DNA of 38,395 nt from a virus. Lineage: Duplodnaviria > Caudoviricetes. The translations under genes were made by a program, and so were the position numbers. The notes below the pieces were generated by a model. It worked only from the letters and a program-made list of their open reading frames with translations, was not told where the DNA came from and did no database searches. Of the stretch, positions 37,910 through 38,395 are shown piece after piece. Location: positions 1 through 38,395 of the IMG/VR virus record IMGVR_UViG_3300031801_000004, one strand, 5' to 3'. Position 1 is the first letter of the stretch; each line of letters starts with the position of its first letter.

Positions 37910-38395
37910 GAACGACAACAGCAGGAAACGTCACCGGCCAGGCGAGCAGGCCAAACCGTCGCGAAGGGAACTATACGATTGCTCAACGCCGTCAACGCCG
38001 CGCCCGCGTTCGCCTCAGCTGTTGCCAAAGAAGCCGGCGCCAGCCCCAGCGTAGCGAAGATGGCCTACGCCGCGGCCACTATGATGGACTGGACAACGCC
38101 CGGCGTTCCAGCCGGTTCCACGGCCGTGATTGCCTTAAGCTCCCTTAAGAACCCGAAGGCTGCGTATAACGTGGCGCGTAAAGCCTACGATAAGTTGAAA
38201 TCCTCGGCAGTTCCGGCCAAGAGCGCAAAGACCGGGGTCGAGGAAACAATGCGGCTGGCTTTGAAAGGCGCGCACAGAACGCGACAGCCTGAAGCCTGGA
38301 TGATTGCCTACTTTGCGGCTCTCGACAAAGGCGCAACCCGTGAAAGTGCGATGCAATTTGCAACCGCCTACACAGGCGAGAACCTCCACAACGCC
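28841..38395 (+). CDS. Giant polyvalent protein, 3'-truncated (>=3185 aa): ParB-like, kinase-like, MutS-I, SAM methyltransferase, sigma70 r2+r4, two ADP-ribosyltransferase (ART-PolyVal-like) domains
   Basis: ATG 28841 overlaps the upstream stop. The same frame gave recognisable domains wherever I translated it (spot checks, not every codon). DDGNNR ~29320. LLGKG..VK..LHKNG....D...FDIGLA 30520-30950. VLTRLGD..FGGDA...LVDAGHRVAIVD 31565-31745. VLDFGAGK...SNVLNV 33690-33870. Sigma 34380-34940. FKSWFGDW..YHGT..GFYFT..AFEPNQIKS at 35280-36450 and 36840-37800. Confidence 0.85.
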   Translation, partial: MKTMLPEIFSGSVDTDGTHADILLTAGAASKPGEPLRYDEEFEGKHPRGGGGRFQPADFDHYMDVRKRNESMRLPRATDSDFDRAAHEPRPWDEKRTNRAKKFFNRDNVHLVDMPSHWMAVSERDIADDRQQRLDDIGGTDDPIMAAIDHKGGDHIYTVDDGNNRVHWAQKNGQESVPAFIHGDQEDIGQLKQRIADYLAGNDRIPPTTHSEKGEPLRYDEQGMQPGDTKSENGVTYVLNQNHRWTRQDDEPFSLAVQPAVLPKKATFDDQGGQQGGLFETGGLAGQMDLFKRPGTPDDLVQKGAGGGIIAEPNEQPNATNELNSPSPDDESSSDAPRDEQPNEQKLRSQVQDNTHTMGSVVSGQFPVGVGSAPKDSNRAKQHGLQAITVNNHVVYGKDENQGKIMEVAGLLEDGKYGTTEFSRALGYTDEEIDTYKEFLAATGKEHLINDEAHYSPGSQINLPNNAITAYGDNGVDLTYLGEKDGHAYLEWSSKTSPKGFQIVKGGSANDAVVGNPETWGRAIKMPEESLKGFVNDMQGVIEIQPSKHPEIQAVSRGDSELLGKGHEAVAWKVGDKIVKKGTTAPFDALGGGSTGQGHRTPQEAMDSIGSDLANTRRMLKEGIPGIQTMTTSVEKGANGAPDAAFSITDALDIDTRMTRAQLDQVRDSIRALHKNGWTLNDKLQVGLGKDGKPYHFDIGLASKEGSEYDRADDLTYLRMVYQDHGEDLLPWGEQAENTFNEFQFVVNDFGGHVESDKMLVDDAKSANRARKGIIDDDPSRAAELNKSFSDALIKSGLDPLDYLEKSEFSTGPKVQKSLFRRCRIAKIRYEKESAGGGWMSLGGAPVFVGESGKIEMGCPGLRGETLSSLDDDPGARAKRQKEAEQAGWESQETKDARDTHEEAKEKLKDFVVLTRLGDKIYVFGGDAAVLNDLTQVGDGETANFDTEDLDHHMGRLVDAGHRVAIVDRTEEGDPDLDSELDGEAEEIKEESDEKKEPEILTDPDGLKELSPDAPSNEPWEGSADDLAEEPEELEPDEFGEFIEVDPKVNGDNTGGGRAGSVSEGRVSAAGSPVAPVADPATEGIEASSSAASPTEDHLLPSTEVTTEQVVSQLADILKEDLPPEAHAQVDQAAAAALKSGEPFDLYQAITSGPHPTSRAARHKMVGILAEHDNAEGTLAPTVERPGQLPGNGLDRGGTGLAQGGTSAESESPGDVGPNEQQSLQDKHTLAAGHIEHAPTSVKGILQSLHGLRSAKNKGVVQTTQLGHEYAREIYDHLRSEKESADFGDLHDLSRTLGHGAIGYESPGGNIVMVPPKFKTDDWDVRYSVPRNDVEAAEPPPQEQAPAAPVAPSKPRGVNPKSHFGKAIIEALGPKSPDMSEDDYREMQEQFKETAESIFKQKEAAATLRASGINDVIGQYFSSEPVIGVNPETGKKTRGASPRQRFLGSLHAYRGKDYSAFQRNSNFGKTFDDMADAAALHYPDILDWDIGASAKKGDAAAALWDTLQNNVMQELKPWHDEVIDETLKQFSHMEQEPDEKAQELIEAMQSEEFARRGAKIRYRKWARGKLSRYRAASHDGGAMDVANATSRSGGAVGPNAKVPKIASKLASKLGKRATVLDFGAGKEGIHAKGMAAKGINVTAYDFGDNQNRGIHDPKALDRQYCIVYASNVLNVQDSISELRKTIKEIADSTESNGFVVANLPASPRKGVFDGMTAEQGTNMVRKLLEKAVGKCEVLEGGNTSPIFQCQKSSPIKNRKAGHALYYYMKRSGRSHGDSLRMLRYARQLSLFGDAPTGPPADWEETKHPRGGGGQFATSSSATAPPAAPPVEKTPAAPEKEPSPEKASNEDLVMRIKSGDQSAQDQLLQQNGGLLRNIATRFSRNESDRQDLQQEAAIAMLRAVDKFDPEKGKKFSTFAAYQIQAYVHRAAQKLRRGGMANVPEDEDFSGIAQEAAEVPMNPVDERMRPASDLAGTDEMVDRLQELVTELPDRDRDILSMRFEQGLSFKEIGEKYGISKQAAQKAAAKSMKILQANIGGGQYAKDGDQLIQYANQLMFDFPEHNPGDTKTENGITYVLNQNHRWERKDKTTSDPDLATTPQSDTSSVSEALEPNRATTLQPPDKTTSETGQPTPEMAAQDWQENGVRAKAFKSWFGDWETDPENSSKVVDPETGSPQEQHETSAVINEDGQPVRVYHGTAKGGWGTFDKSKLDNAENLLYGDGFYFTEDLELAKTYKNKGAKPVFNGDTAGLAEAVDTHLDWLRAQSEAPRMIRNFEYAAERLQGGDSAWLDDEDSAARNHLKMWLPAHLTEKYWQQDQSTAEVKDVFLNIRNPYDAETGAQVMHLLPEDAQTRIKEQQKTLIESKRGHQVKAGETAAYNRDEVKNYARIAAEGGFKVPDWKQFKEAARQAEHEANISPSNLGQLTPEQRTQYAGLTGSQKSAVNEWVESNEKAAASQTLSNAFGAEVEGLRAGNVHYEQLRGALGGKGNTNAWLAKNGFDGITHIGGQVTGGKHHRVWIAFEPNQIKSSDNQGTFDPDDERMTYAAGGQSPELYRKSVLRYMRDEYPEYYARKYKPSPGQLGLFDTPQHQVGDTKTENGTTYRLNQNHRWELADKEEPQAAGAQQPGDGQASRETVSQLSPESETHDSADQVDPSADWKQNGFRAQSFKSWFGDWEIDPPNASKVIDPESGEPQENYHMSQVKGEDGKPVQVYHGTPSGGWDRFDKAKLSKADDLLYGPGFYFTEDETIATEYSDNRPTVDYHPKDWAPIESQILSLLPPDYKLQEKPRTGDGFNDGAELNLIYKTGQAAHKNVRLAHESTASPGKWTLNQVTIEDDLPMRDEAVMQPLHDYLKGLMPQKEVKNVYLNIRNPLDIDGKLSASEASRIADVMESGKWETKQGSFGTVRETVDYLREDHGGHAVSFAYTELVRFFGGKDRAAEMLQAAGYDGITHIGGNIMGGGHEHRVWIAFEPNQIKSADNSGTFDPADDRMKYAEGIETSHQPGETKSRNGVTYVLNQNHRWERQQQETSPARRAGQTVAKGTIRLLNAVNAAPAFASAVAKEAGASPSVAKMAYAAATMMDWTTPGVPAGSTAVIALSSLKNPKAAYNVARKAYDKLKSSAVPAKSAKTGVEETMRLALKGAHRTRQPEAWMIAYFAALDKGATRESAMQFATAYTGENLHNA

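Noticed and set aside
28910-38389. Many short ORFs on both strands in the track
   Set aside because: Shadow frames of the single giant + strand ORF.
1-38395. Integrase, att sites, rRNA, canonical tRNA, major capsid gene
   Set aside because: None recognised, so prophage versus free phage cannot be decided from this window.

Overview
A 38.4 kb fragment of a tailed-phage (or prophage) genome, possibly from a Planctomycetota host (weak evidence). The + strand carries the packaging/head module: TerS, TerL, a DUF935-type portal fused to cargo domains, and large 'polyvalent' multidomain proteins. One of these is a >3,185-aa ORF (28841 to the window end) that the ORF track misses. A ~9.5 kb mostly minus-strand accessory block sits between terL and the portal. 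Its standout is a co-oriented cassette. It starts with a sigma70-like promoter and a stand-alone Cas7/RAMP-like gene (10852-11598), followed by a conserved-looking partner gene (10287-10787). Next comes a 691-bp non-coding array of about 126 GTY-NN pentamers cut into 14 units of ~50 nt by 4-nt GTCA separators (9593-10283). The cassette ends with a RuvC-inactivated Cas12m-like gene (7806-9521) and a Zn-finger/HNH gene. No canonical CRISPR array, cas1/2, cas3, cas5/6/8 or cas10 is visible. My best reading is an RNA-guided system with a non-contiguous code (constant trinucleotide scaffold plus variable dinucleotides). It resembles what I recall of recently reported viral VIPR-type systems, but with GUY instead of GGY and with a dead Cas12m physically attached. 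All family calls come from motifs read by eye; no searches were run.
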